Source of the DNA: Nemertoderma westbladi
Lineage: Eukaryota > Animalia > Xenacoelomorpha
DNA: 64,000 nucleotides
Assembly: GCA_032718475.1 (NCBI GenBank)
Contig: JAUCBJ010005520.1
Span: 62,001 to 126,000 of the forward strand
Direction of reading: 5' to 3'
Position numbers and translations under genes: made by a program. Numbering within the stretch: the first letter of the stretch is position 1; the number at the start of each line of letters is the position of its first letter. Below, piece by piece: positions 37,885 to 49,911 of the stretch. The notes under the pieces are model-generated. The model saw only the letters and a program-made list of their open reading frames with translations. It was not told the origin of the DNA and searched no databases.

Positions 37885-38075
37885 GCTGCCGGAGTAACCA
37901 TTACCGGATTCGGATCCGCTGGAGTAGCAGTTACCGGATTCGGACCCGCTGGAAGTAACGGTTACCGGATTTGGATCCGTTGGAGTAACCGTTACCGGTT
38001 TCGGACCCATTGGAGTAACGGTTACCGGTTTCGGAACCGTTGGAGTAATGGTTACCAGATTCGGTACCGCTGGTG
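37885..38075 (-). repeat. 30-bp coding minisatellite, second block (about 6 units)
   Basis: Same unit as 39300-39987, located between APE and RT. Confidence 0.85.
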
Positions 38076-39299
38076 TCTGTTGTAAATCATCCCGTATGTC
38101 TGTTATTTTCTTATCGAAAAAGTCAGCAAATCTGTTTGCCAGCTCCTCTTCACTGTCTGCGTCAGGTAACTTTGTTTTAGTCTTCCGGTACAGTATTGTA
38201 TCAATTACTGAGAATAATTTCTTTTGATTTTCTTTTATTATGTCCCGATAAAATGTTTCTTTTGCTGTAACAATAATATCAGAAACGCGTTTACACTGAT
38301 CTCTATAAGCAGTTTGGTCAACAATAAGTTTAGATTTTCGATACTTCCTCTCTAATTATTGCCGTTTTCTTTTCTCCTCTGCAATGTTATCGTTGTACCA
38401 CTCTGACTCGGGACGTCTTCGCACGGTTTTCCGCATTGCCGGAGCATGTTTATTCATTATCATGGATAATGTGTCATTGTATTGAAGCAACATCATTGAG
38501 ATTATCAGAGGGAGTTTGATATAACGGTGATGATTCTAGATCGTATGTAAGGTGATCCCAGTTAATTTTTTTAATGTTTCTATATGTAAATGATTCAAGG
38601 GGCATTTCTGGTTTAAGCAGATCAATATCGAAATGTACAGCAAAATGGTCGGATAATCCAATATCTTCAATGTGGATGTTTTTGATAGTTTTCTCATCAT
38701 CTGAATGAACCAGAATAAGGCAAGAGTGAGCCCATGTCTGTGAGTTGGCTCCGTTACTAACTGCACCAACCCAAAACATTTGATTAGGTTGCCGAAATCA
38801 TTAGCATCTTTGTCGTTCTTGTCATCCACATGAAAGTTAAAATCCCCCAATAAAGTAATCTTCCCAGCCATGATGATTATATGCTGCATGAAATCTGCAA
38901 ATTGGTCAAAGAATTGCTGTACAGTTAATCCATTTGTAGCCGAGGGGCACGTCCGATATACTATAATAATCCTCATCAATACCCCAATATAAATCATTGT
39001 AAATTCAATATATTCAAAGGTCGAGTAAACTACACAATTGGCGCTTTTCTTTAGTTTTAGAGTCTCATTGTGTATAGCCACACCTCCTCCCCTACATCCG
39101 GTGCGGGCTTGACTCTGCACTGTGCCACCAGTGGGGCATATTTCATTAACTATTATGTCATCATCCACATCACCCCTTAACCACGTTTCGGTAATAGCAG
39201 TTATGTCAAATTTCTCATCCACTATGTAGTCCTTTATTACCGGAGCTTTGTTAACAATGGATCTAGCATTGTATAAGCAACAATGTATCAGCTGAGATC

Positions 39300-39987
39300 G
39301 GGAACCAACCGGTATCGGAGCCGCTGGAGTAACGGTTGCCGGATTCGGATACGCTGGAGTAACAGTTACCGGATTCGGACCCGCTGGAGTAAGAGTTACC
39401 GGATTAGGACCCGGTGGAGTAACGGTTACCGGTTTCTGACCCGATGGAATAACGTTTCCCGTATTCGTATTCGGACCCGCTGGAGTAACTGTTACCGGAT
39501 TCGGACCCACTGGAGTAACGTTTCTCGTATTCGGACCCGCTGGAGTAAGGTTTCGCGTATTCGGACCCGCTGGAGTAACGTATCCCGTATTCGGACCCGC
39601 TCGGGTAACTTTTCTCGTATTCGGACCCGCTGGAGTAACAGTTACCAGTTTCGGACCCGCTGGAGTAACAGTTACGGGATTCGGACCTGCTGGAGTAACA
39701 GTTACTGGATTCGGACCCGCTGGAGTTACAGTTACCGGATTTGGACCCGCTGGAGTAACATATCCCAGATTCGGACCCGCTGGAGTAATGTATCCTGTAT
39801 TCGGACCCGCTGGAGTAACATTTCCCATATTCTGACCCGCTGGAGTAACGTATCCCATATTCGGACCCGCTGGAGTAACGTTTCCTGTATTCGGACCTGC
39901 TGGAGTAACGTATCCCATATTTGGACTCGCTGGAGTTACGTTTCCCGTATTCGGACCCGCTGGAGTAACGGTTTCTGGATTCGGCAC
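39300..39987 (-). repeat. 30-bp coding minisatellite (about 23 units of PAGPNxxxVT)
   Basis: Plus-strand unit CCGCTGGAGTAACAGTTACCGGATTCGGAC and variants, in frame with the APE domain. Confidence 0.9.
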
Positions 39988-40044
39988 CCAATGAACAGAT
40001 CGACATGCAGTACTTGGATGTAGGGGTAAGCGTACGGATGGTTG

Positions 40045-41223
40045 TCAATCCAGATCAACCTGCAGCTGCCCTGCAGACCCTGGATTGCTCGGTGTAAGAG
40101 TAACCGTTGATTCCTCAATAACAGAAACATCAGTGTTAGACAGACCATTCTGTGGATGCTCCGCATCCGACCGTGCACTCCTCTTTAGTGCACTGGAGTC
40201 CACAACTTCATTCTTGTAGATAACCCAATGGGTTTTCGGATCTGTAGCAATCAAGTCTCGTCGTCGTTGACGCAACTGAAATTGTAAGGTACTTTCTGCA
40301 GGAGTGTAGTCGGGCGATATATAGACCTCATTATAACGTCTGCATTTACGAAGCTCTCGAGATTTCTTCAGTATAGCAGTGCGTTTCTCCTTCGGGAGGG
40401 TTACGACAATTGGTTGAGTTCTAATGTTGCCAGCATTCCCAGCTCGTCTCTTTGTCTTTATTTGGGACTCATTTAATTGTATATTCAACGAACAGGCTAT
40501 GTTGATTACCGCTTTGGTGTCATTGTCATTCTCACAAGAAGGCAATCCTTTAATAACGAGGTTTAATTCCCGGCGTCGCTGGTCGGCTTCCTCGTCCTTA
40601 ATCTGACGGGCGAGGACGGCAACGTTAGTGGCGGCCGGAGTACCCTTCCCCCGCGGACGGCGAGGAGGAACAACGTTCCAGCTCGCACCGTCATTGGTAT
40701 CAGACACGCCTCGCTCAGTAGTCAACTGGAGATCAAGATCCTCTAGTTGCTGTTTAATTTCCTCTCTTTTTCGTTCATCACTTTCAATGTAATTGTTTAA
40801 ATTACTTTGAATTTCTTTTACTGAATCCTGGAGCGACTTAGTAACTTGGTCCTGATCTGCAGCGTCGTTTTCGAAGCAGTCGCGTAGCGCATTGAGTTCA
40901 GAGTCATGTCGTGATTCCAATTCCTTAATCTCATCAGATAGCCGTATGATGTGTTTTGCCATGCATTTCCCACAATAGAATTGAACCGAACCGAAATTTG
41001 TACCAGGTTTAGCCACGACGATCACAGTAATCTTGCAACTACTTCCGGAGCACTCTACCTCGATCTCTTCCTGTCCGTCGATCCTAGAATCGGATGTTTG
41101 TTGGTTGCCATTGCCGTCAGCCGGTAACTTTTTCCTACTGTTATACTGAAGTTGCCCACTTTGGCGGCGTCGGTGGTTGTCCCCTACTGATAGGGATTTT
41201 CTTTCTGGTTGAGAATTACTCAT
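40045..41223 (-). CDS. L2 ORF1 protein (392 aa)
   Basis: Intact ORF with a Cys cluster, a coiled coil, and RRELNLVIKGLP and VYISPDYT--E motifs of L1-like ORF1 RRM/CTD. Confidence 0.85.
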   Translation of the reverse strand: MSNSQPERKSLSVGDNHRRRQSGQLQYNSRKKLPADGNGNQQTSDSRIDGQEEIEVECSGSSCKITVIVVAKPGTNFGSVQFYCGKCMAKHIIRLSDEIKELESRHDSELNALRDCFENDAADQDQVTKSLQDSVKEIQSNLNNYIESDERKREEIKQQLEDLDLQLTTERGVSDTNDGASWNVVPPRRPRGKGTPAATNVAVLARQIKDEEADQRRRELNLVIKGLPSCENDNDTKAVINIACSLNIQLNESQIKTKRRAGNAGNIRTQPIVVTLPKEKRTAILKKSRELRKCRRYNEVYISPDYTPAESTLQFQLRQRRRDLIATDPKTHWVIYKNEVVDSSALKRSARSDAEHPQNGLSNTDVSVIEESTVTLTPSNPGSAGQLQVDLD

Positions 41224-44200
41224 TATAATTCAATCACCAATAATCAGATAATATAATATTACAGAACCAGTTAAACAAGTTGGCGAGTGTAATCAGGTCA
41301 GATAGATAGATAAAGTTCCGTAGATAAAGTTGACTTTATAAAATGGATATCGCTCGGTGCTGATATTGTATGTTTGCAGGAACATTTTAAATTAAAGCAG
41401 AATGTAGGTTATATACGCAAAGAATTTCGTAATTTTCGGTACTTTAGTGTTCCAGCCCATTATAAGAATGATTCACAGTCTGGGCGTCCATCGGGAGGAT
41501 TGAGTATGTTAATTAATCCGGATCTGGCCGGTTTTGCTTCGAAATGTAAATCAAGTAATCCCAGATTACAAGGTATGAAGTTTAATTTGCCTGATAAAAT
41601 TTTTGTAATCATTAATGTTTATTTTCCTGTTGATGGGCGTACCAGTTCAGTGTCTGATGACCTACTGTGTTTAATTAATGACATATGTGAATTGATTTCC
41701 AAAGTCAACACGCCAAACATACTTATAGTAGGTGATTTAAATTCAGATTTTTTAAGGAATACAGCTCATGTCAATTTGGTGTCTTCTTTCATTAGTGACA
41801 ATAACCTAGAAATTCTATGGAATAAATTTCCAGTTGACCACACGTATTTGCAGAGTGCAGACAACAATTTGCACACTAGTACAATTGATCATTTTATTTT
41901 GTCCCCTAATTGGTTAAATAATTGTGTCGAGGGCGGTGCAGTCCATAGCGGAGCAAACCTTTCCCAGCATAGTCCTATATACGCTAAGTTTAATGTAGAA
42001 GACTTTGAGGCAGCCCCTGAGGTGTCACGAGACCCATCAGGTTTGCCTAGTTACAGCCGTGCTAATGAGGAACAAAGGACAAATTTTAAAAACTCGTTAA
42101 ATGATAATTTGTGTAATTTAAATTTACCTTGTGCAGATTGTGACGATTTATTTTCCACTGATAATACACATATTGGCAATATTGATACATTTGCATTTGA
42201 TTTGCTAGAAGCTATAAATAATGCGGTGCAATTTTTGCCTAATTCTGGAATGCATAAAGGCCACTCTGACTCTGACCACCCAACGCTACCAGGTTGGAAC
42301 GAGCACGTTCGACCATATCGTGTTGAATCCATTTTCTGGCATAATGTTTGGGAGTCAGCTGGAAGGTCTAATGCATCTCAGAGTAATCTCTACCATGTTA
42401 AGAGACGTGCTAGCTTACAATATAAATATGCGGTACGACGACTGAAAGGTAAAACCGATCAAATTCGCTGCAACAAATTTTTCCAATTGGTGATTAATAA
42501 TAACGGTGATATTTTCAATGAAATAAAGAAGTTAAGGGGTAATTTTTCCGGGTTAAGTCATGTTTTAGATGGGGAAACAATGGGCGAAGGTATTTCGAAT
42601 AAATTTGCGGATATATATTCGACTTTATTTAATCAGGGATATTCATCAGATTTTAGTAGTTTAAAAACGCTAATTACGGAAGGCATTGAAAACCTTACGG
42701 CTGTTGATTGTCAGTGGGTTACTCCAGGTCTCGTAGCTGCCGCTATCTCTAGGTTAAAAGCGGGAAAATCGGATGTTTCTGGCAAGTTTATTTCCGATTG
42801 TCTGATTAATGCTCCATATCAGTTTACTAAATCGCTGTGTGAATTATTTAATGCGTGTCTCGTTCATGGCTCTGTTCCTAAATTTATTTTAATTACGGCA
42901 TTGGTACCCCTTATTAAGGATAGTCTTGGTGACATTTCAAGTTCATCCAATTATCGTGCAATAGCTATATCATCATTAATCCTGAAGATATTTGAGTGGG
43001 TCATGGTCCTCTCTCAGCATGATTCGTTGCAAGTCGATGAACTGCAATTTGGTTTCCAAAAGAACTCTAGTACTTTGATGTGCACTTGGGCCGCTGGCGA
43101 GGTTGTTTCTTTTTACTCGAGGTTTTCAACTCCGGTGTATGGCTGCTTTATGGACTTATCTAAAGCCTTCGATATGGTTGAGTGGGTTTCGCTTTTCCTT
43201 CAACTTCTGAAAAAAGGTTTCTCACCATTATTTACTAGGGCCCTGTTGTCTATGTACAGTGGTCAATCATGTAAGGTGAAATGGGGTTCATACTTGTCAA
43301 ATGATTTTGGCATTTCGAATGGAGTTCGGCAGGGGTCGGTGGCCAGCCCGATTCTGTTTTGCGTTGTTCTGGATTTGCGTTGTTCTGGATTTGCTAGTCC
43401 ATAAACTGCGAGAGTCTCAAGTGGGGTGCTCGATTGGATCCAGATATTTGGGTATTTATATATATGCCGATGACATTTTACTTTTATGCCCTTCTGTGGT
43501 TGGTTTACAGTTAATGGTTGATTTGTGTGCAGATTTTGCTAAGTTTAGTACTGATAATAATCCCAGTAAAAGTAAAACTAAGTGCATTCCATTTGGTTAC
43601 AATGGAAACCCCCAATAGCTAATATTTATCTATGTAATAAAGTTTTACCTTGGGTACAGCAGATTCAACATTTGGGCAACACTTTTCATTATACTGGTAT
43701 TTTTTCGTGATATTTAAAAAAAAGGGCGTAATTTATTGGTAAGTAAATAAGTAATAGTAAGTAAGGTAAGTAATAGTCTAAGACAGGAATTTTACTATCT
43801 CCATCCCGGTACACTTTCTGAAATACAACGGATTTATGCCACATCTTTTTACGGTAGTTGTCTTTGGAACTTATGGTCTACAGAATGTACACGTTTATTT
43901 ACCTCTTGGAATATTAATACTAGATTAGTATGGGGCCTACCCATTAATACCCATAGGTTTATCGTAGAAGGTATTGTAACATTTCCTTATCCAATGTCCA
44001 TGGTTGCCAGTCGATATGTCAAATTTGCCTCTAGTTTAATGTCAAATTATATGAAACCCTCATTGCAATTTCTGGCTATGCTGTGTTTATTTGATTGTAG
44101 ATCTAATTCTGGCTCTAACTTGAAACGTATAAAGCCTAAGTGTGCGCCTAATAATGTTACAAGTGATTCGTGCAATTTGATTAATTGGTTTCCAGACCCA

Positions 44201-45341
44201 CGCGCTGTTTCATATTGTGATTTGTGCAAAGAAATTACTGATTGCAGGTACAACTATTTGGAAGTCCCTGGTTTCTCTAAGGTTGAATTAGACACAATTT
44301 TAAATTTTATATGTACCGATTAAGTATCAACCAGTGTATACTATTTCACGAATCATTAGGATATTATGTTTTTACTATCTCATTTATATTTATAGACTAT
44401 AACAACTTAATATTTTGTGCTAATGCTCTAACATTTACCGGTTTTATGTATACTGTGGCTATACGCTGAGTTATATAACTATATGCACGAAATTAAATTA
44501 AATAAAATAAATAAAACAAAAGAAGACTGTCACATCCGAGGATGTTTTAATAGTTAAAATAAACATTGGAGCTTGCGTTTTTAAGGAAAAAAATCATCAT
44601 GTTGAAGTAGCTATGGCGAAAATCTATCAAGGTTTTTAGTACCAAATGATATTGACTAGGGAAACTTACTAAAAGTTGCTACAAGTTGGTATAGGGCCTT
44701 CTACGGTGATGTATTTAAAGACTCAGTACCAGATTCATGAATGGTTTTACTGTATGGTGATCTGAAACCTGCTATGCAATTACCAATGTATGGCGAAGAC
44801 TTTATTCTGTATCGTGACGAAATATGTAACGATTTTAGACGACTTACGTTCCTTATTTGCGACAAAATGTATTATGAGCGGAGCTTAGCCAAGAATAGCG
44901 ATGATGAAAACGAACAGCAGACTTATCAACTTCGGTTTCCAACATCCATAGCAGTTGATGATATATCATCAGAGTCTTTGTCAGACACCACTCATAATCG
45001 AGTAGATGACGAGGACATTAGTATTGGTACCGGTGTATCCTATTCCAATAGGCCTACTCCAGTTGATCCAGAAGAAACTTATATTTTGGTTTAATCTGAC
45101 GATGGAGAAGAGATCCGAGAATCCAATGCCCATGCACCCGATAGAGCCCAAAGTGAATTTTGTATTGTATTTACCCCTACTTCATTTGAACTAAGTCAGG
45201 GTGATTTAAGCTTTTTAGAATATGTAAGCGTTCAGTATAACTATATTAGTGATGATGAATCATTTATTTACATTCGAGTCCGAAGAAAACATATATTAGA
45301 TGATGTTCTGAAAAAAACAGCTTTAATGGATCCACATTCAC

Positions 45342-45872
45342 ATGTAAAAGTGAAGTTTATAGGAGAGCCTGGCGAAGACCAGGGCAGTGGCTTGCGCAGA
45401 GACCTTTTTGGTTATGTTTCAAGTAGCTTCTCCAGCAGTGCTCATTTCAGAGTCTTTGATGATTTCTTAGTCCCATCATGTAGGAACATGAATAATGTTT
45501 TAAGAGGATCTTTATGCGATATTGGTAAGCTTTTGAGTATGATATATTCCAAGGGGAGCAAACGTTTGGTAGAATGCACCCATTAGTTAGTGCTTATATG
45601 GTCTATATGTAAAAGTGAAGTTTATAGGAGAGCCTGGCGAAGACCAGGGCAGTGGCTTGCGCAGAGACCTTTTTGGTTATGTTTCAAGTAGCTTCTCCAG
45701 CAGTGCTCATTTCAGTGTCTTTGATGATTTCTTAGTCCCATCATGTAGGAACATGAATAATGTTTTAAGAGGATCTTTATGCGATATTGGTAAGCTTTTG
45801 AGTATGATTATATTCCAAGGGGAGCAAACGTTTGGTAGAATGCACCCATTAGTTAGTGCTTATATGGTCTAT
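45342..45872 (+). repeat. 265/266-bp tandem duplication inside the HECT pseudogene
   Basis: 45342-45606 and 45607-45872 are nearly identical (one indel and one substitution seen). Confidence 0.9.
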
Positions 45873-48800
45873 GGTTTATCAGTGGATTATTTAAGCTTAC
45901 TAAAATCCCACCCTCTGTTGGCTAAGAGTAGTTAGTGCCTTTTTAATGAGTTTAATCAAACAGGATTCATATCAGCTGAAATTCTAGAAGACAGTTTGAT
46001 GCTTGGCTTAGCACCAGTCTCTGTAGATGCTCTGCTTAGTAGCAAAGAAAAGTTTGTATTGGATTATTACAAGACGAAGTTAATATTTGCCAATAAAGCG
46101 GCTATTGATATGATAAAAGTTGAGTTTTCAAAACATGTGGCAAGTATTAGTCAGGATCTTCAGTTCAAATTTTTATGTTGTTTGCCCCTCTTAACCTATC
46201 CAACTATATCGATTCAGCTATTATTAGTAATCATCAGATCCTGGTTTGAATAGCTTCCAGAAGGAAGAGAACATTTTATATTGGTTTGGTGAGTTAATGG
46301 AGGACATGATGGCAACGTCGTGCCTTACAGATATGGTGAGAATACGTTGGATATTTCCATGTTAAAGTCGTGGTGTGGTTATTTGGATCGAGTAATCCGA
46401 TATGCCCCGCTAAGCTTACATTGGAATTTAAGCATTGTGACCCAGGTTGCAATTGCCACTTAAGTTACTCGACCTGTGCAATACAATTAATATTGCCCAT
46501 TCATTTTGACAGTAAATTAATTATGTGCAGTGCAATTATAAATTCTGTCTTAGAAAGTTAGAGACATTTGGTTTGTTTTTTTTGGGGTAATCACCCCTCA
46601 AAAAAATATAATAATTTTTTTTTATTGAAAGAGTGAGTTACTGTCGCTTGTGGTCACACACCCCCCCCCCCTCTTACCATTTAATCGAAATAATTCAATA
46701 ATTCAATATAATTTGTGAGATCTCTCTTCAACCTCCCGGAAACTCCACTGCTCTTCTTCCGTCTTCCGACTGGGCTCGACGTCTTGTCGCTCGCCCGCTC
46801 ACAGCGCCAACCTGTCTCTCTCTACCCGGTTGGATGCTCCGGGGGATACTCGCAATCCCCCTACTGTTCTCCATCGCCGGGTGCCACGGTTCACCTAACT
46901 CGCCCCGCGCATTATCCGCCGACGCTTGTGGGACATTCTCTGCCCCCCCCCCCCACTCGCCACTAATCTTTCGTGGTGGGGTGCCCGTAGCCCCCCCCCC
47001 CATTAGCCACCTCTTACTTCGCTACCTCCTACTTCGCTTCTACACCCCTCTCTAGTCGATGCATTGTTTCTACTTCGGCTGGGTGTACTCACCCCTGCCT
47101 CTCTCTGTGCGACTGTGTGGCCTTGCATGCTCCTGTCGGGTTGACTCACCCCCGCTACTCCCTGCCTAACTACGTGGCCTTGCAGGCTCCCATCAGGTTG
47201 ACTCACCCCCGCTACTCCCTGCCTAACTACATGGCCTTGCAGGCTCCCGTCGGGTTGACTCACCACCGCTACTCCCTGCCTAACTACATGGCCTTGCAGG
47301 CTCTCGCTGGTCGGACCACCTGTGTCCCCTACATTCGTATTAATAGCACCATTATCAATAATATTATTATCTAAGTTATTCAAACTATTTAAATTATTTT
47401 GTTCGGGATTAGGGTTATTATTTGGATTACTTTGCACGCTTAAATTAGAATTATTTGGATTATTCTATATATTTAAAATGGAATTAATGATATTTGAAAA
47501 TCAAATGATCATTTTGTGCGTTTAAATTTAAATTATTATTTTGATTATTTTGTACATTCAAATTAAAATTATTATTACTGGGTAAAATATTATTTCCTGC
47601 AATAAAGGTTTGATTAGGGTTGTCTACTACGGTACTATTAATATTAATTCTTCTAACGTATTATTATTACCCCCCCCCCCACCTGTACGGTTACACCAGT
47701 CTTGGGTCTGTCGTCCGGTGCCTATAAGTGGGGTATTAACAAATGTTTCCATTACTTCTGGCTCCTCGTAAACGCTACCCAAACCAGCCTCACTCTCTGA
47801 TAGTCCCAACTTCGCCAGCTCTAACCGGCGCTTTTGCTTCACCTGGTACATACATACTACATACACTTTCCCGCCCTCTCTCTCTCCCTGTCCTCTCTCA
47901 AACTTTGGTCGGCCAACTCTGCCTCTCTCGCAATCCTCTCTACCCTCCTCGCCTCACGCTCCTTACGCTCTTTCGCCTCTCGCTCTTTATCCTCCCTCAT
48001 TTCTCTCTCCTCACCCTCTCTATAAAGTTTCTCGAGAGAGAGTTAGCGAGAGAGTGTAAAGAGAGGGCCGAGAGGCCCTCTCTTTACACTCTCTCGCTAA
48101 CTCTCTCTCTTTCTCTAATAATGCAGTTCCCTCATCCAGTTGCCTCTCCAACTCCCTCTGATCCAGCGCCACCAGGTCTAGTGGACACGCCAGATCTATC
48201 TCTAACACCCTTCTTGCTTTTGCGGAGAATGTAGCGGACTTATTGGTCACGACGGACTCCCGTCGCCTCTCTGTCCTACTAACTTTCCCCCGCTTTCTGG
48301 GGTTCTCGCTAACCGACGACACCGAATCCTCGGGGTTAACCTCGGGTTTGCCATTGTGCGGGTCCGCCCAACCCACTAACTTAATTCCCCTAGCATCCAC
48401 TAAGTAGGGCCCTACGTACACTACCCCAGTACGGGCTCCATTACCCCGGATCGCCACAATTCAAACAGTTCTGTGGCGACCCCCCTCGCTCTCTCACTCG
48501 CCAGTTCTCCCTGTCCAAAATGGACTAAATAGTGAAAGTGTTTATTCGACTCATCTAGCCTCTGATATAGTTTAGGCTGGTCTACCTTTCTCCCTTCCTT
48601 GGCCTCCTTAAGCAGTTTCTTGATGGCGTTGTAGGCCCGTCGTAGCTGATCACTCGTCCCGACATCCTCTTCGCCGACTCCGCCTCCTCTCCTCGTCCGG
48701 GGTCGTACCGGCGGCCCCACCGTCGCCGTTCCGGTGGGCCGTCCATCGCCCTCGGCCTGTGGCTGGCCGGCGACTTCGGTACTCCGACTGCCATCGTGCG

Positions 48801-49039
48801 TCGACTCGTCTCTCCCTCGTGGTTGATGGCCGCCCTCCGCTTGGGCTACCGGATCGTCCCTCATCGGCGAATCCGGTGTGGCTGGCCGATACCGTCGCGT
48901 CGCGGCCTCACGGATCATTTGGTTGGTGTCATCCGGGGTCCACGGCAGCGTCCTCTCACCCTCTGATAATCGGGGCTCCCTATTGCTCATCTCGATCTCT
49001 CTTCCTTGCAGTCACAGTTTGTTGGCAGTCAAACTCGGC

Positions 49040-49049
49040 AGTTAATGAC
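49040..49049 (-). promoter_or_regulatory. Non-tRNA primer-binding position of element 3 (sense GTCATTAACT)
   Basis: Abuts the LTR and is a perfect 10-nt complement of sense AGTTAATGAC at 49268-49277. Confidence 0.7.
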
Positions 49050-49714
49050 TGTGACAGGATCAGAGATCCCGACCGGGTTAGAAATGTACTCGTTACCATT
49101 CTGCTTGGCAATCGTGCTACTCGCTTTGGCTGAAGGCTGTTAGGGAAAACAATAAGAGTTTGTGTTGTTTGTCAGTATTGATTAACATAGGCGATAATAG
49201 CAAGTCGGTAATTGAATATGAATATAGCAGAAAATACAGGTTAATTGTTACCGGTATGGTGGTGGCGGTCATTAACTATGACCGGTCTGCACTGACTGAA
49301 TAACTCAACTGACTGGTAAATCAGCAATGTAAGATAATATATGATTAACACACATTGAATATTGGTTTCACCTCCTACTGCACTTTGGCCCTCTGTACCC
49401 AATGGATGCTTTCCTGTTCCCAATCATGTGCTTCCCTCCCCACTATTGGCTAATATACAAATTGTCACTTTGGCACTCCCTGTGAGTGTTTCCCCCCGCT
49501 GCTAGCCTCTACTAGCTGTGTTCCCTCCGAGGTGGTTTGACCTCTCACCTTTCTCTGTGGCTTTGGGGCTTGTGTCACCCACCCAATGTTGGTTATGAGA
49601 CGAGATTGATATTGGTAATCGTCGAAATAATTGTCTCGAATCCCCAACATATTGCTAAAATGCCACTGGTCCCATTTTCTGGTGGGTAATGAAGTGGAAT
49701 TGAATCCGCTTACA
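49050..49714 (-). repeat. 5' LTR of element 3 (665 bp)
   Basis: Sense TGTAAGCGGATTCAATTCCAC...GTCACA is homologous to the ends of LTRs 1 and 2. No partner LTR in the window. Confidence 0.75.
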
Positions 49715-49911
49715 AGTTTTAATGTTTGGTGGAATCTAGTCTGTCTGTCAGTCTTTTGTTTTACACGAGTATTACATGGACAGACCGTCATACAGAAAAA
49801 CAGTGATAACTTGAGAACTGAAAAAGGTCTCACTTTTTTTAAGCGGTTTTTAGATTTGTAATCCTCATTCAATTCTGACCTAAGGGAGGTATAACCCCCC
49901 CCCCCCCTTAA

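Larger units (their letters stand above)
36306..40044 (-). pseudogene. L2 ORF2 (Pro/Thr repeat, APE, repeat, RT, C-terminal domain) with frameshifts
   Basis: YNARSIVNK, ITETWL, GDFNFH, LSDH; QSAYR, LDLSAAFDTV, PQGSVLGPLLF, YADDTQ; LHWLPV and AFSVAAP--WN-LP, typical of L2. Confidence 0.9.
36109..41319 (-). mobile_element. L2-clade LINE, near full length
   Basis: ORF1 and ORF2, 3' stem-loop GCGCCTT...AAGGCGC, (ATT)n tail, GTA at both junctions (36106-36108 and 41320-41322). Confidence 0.9.
36031..44323 (+). pseudogene. ORF2 (APE + RT) of the RTEX-like LINE: 36031-36108 joined to 41323-44323
   Basis: The rejoined frame reads SYNSTGFVV|DKVDFIKWISLGADIVCLQEHF. Later motifs: GRPSGG, GDLNS, IDH, PGWN...FWH, QFGF, DLSKAFD, GVRQG, YADD. 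Confidence 0.85.
34447..44511 (+). mobile_element. RTEX-like LINE, near full length, split by an L2 insertion
   Basis: ORF1 and ORF2 remnants, A-rich (AAAT/AAATT)n tail, probable TSD TAAAA at 34442-34446 and 44512-44516. Confidence 0.75.
34186..46561 (+). pseudogene. G2E3-like HECT ubiquitin-ligase pseudogene (34186-34446 joined to 44517-46561)
   Basis: RVRRKHILDD, VKFIGEPGEDQGSGLRRDLF (HECT N-lobe motif) and SYSTCAIQLILP (catalytic Cys motif). Removing the RTEX insertion restores the frame RSLTTLK|QKKTVTSEDVLIVKINIG. Several frameshifts. Confidence 0.65.
46715..49714 (-). mobile_element. BEL/Pao element 3: 5' LTR and N-terminal extension only, 3' part lost
   Basis: Peptides homologous to elements 1 and 2 (IREAATRRY, VAGQPQAEGDGRPTGTATVGPPVR, VVYVGPYLVDAR, N-rich tract). 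The LTR is related but divergent. Confidence 0.85.

Noticed and set aside
39283-40048. Overlapping Ser/Gly/Tyr-rich and Arg/Trp-rich ORFs
   Set aside because: Alternative frames of a stop-free 30-bp minisatellite. Only the Pro/Thr frame connects to APE.
45342-45872. Duplicated HECT subdomain as a new architecture
   Set aside because: The 265-bp unit breaks the frame. It is a post-decay duplication or an assembly artefact.
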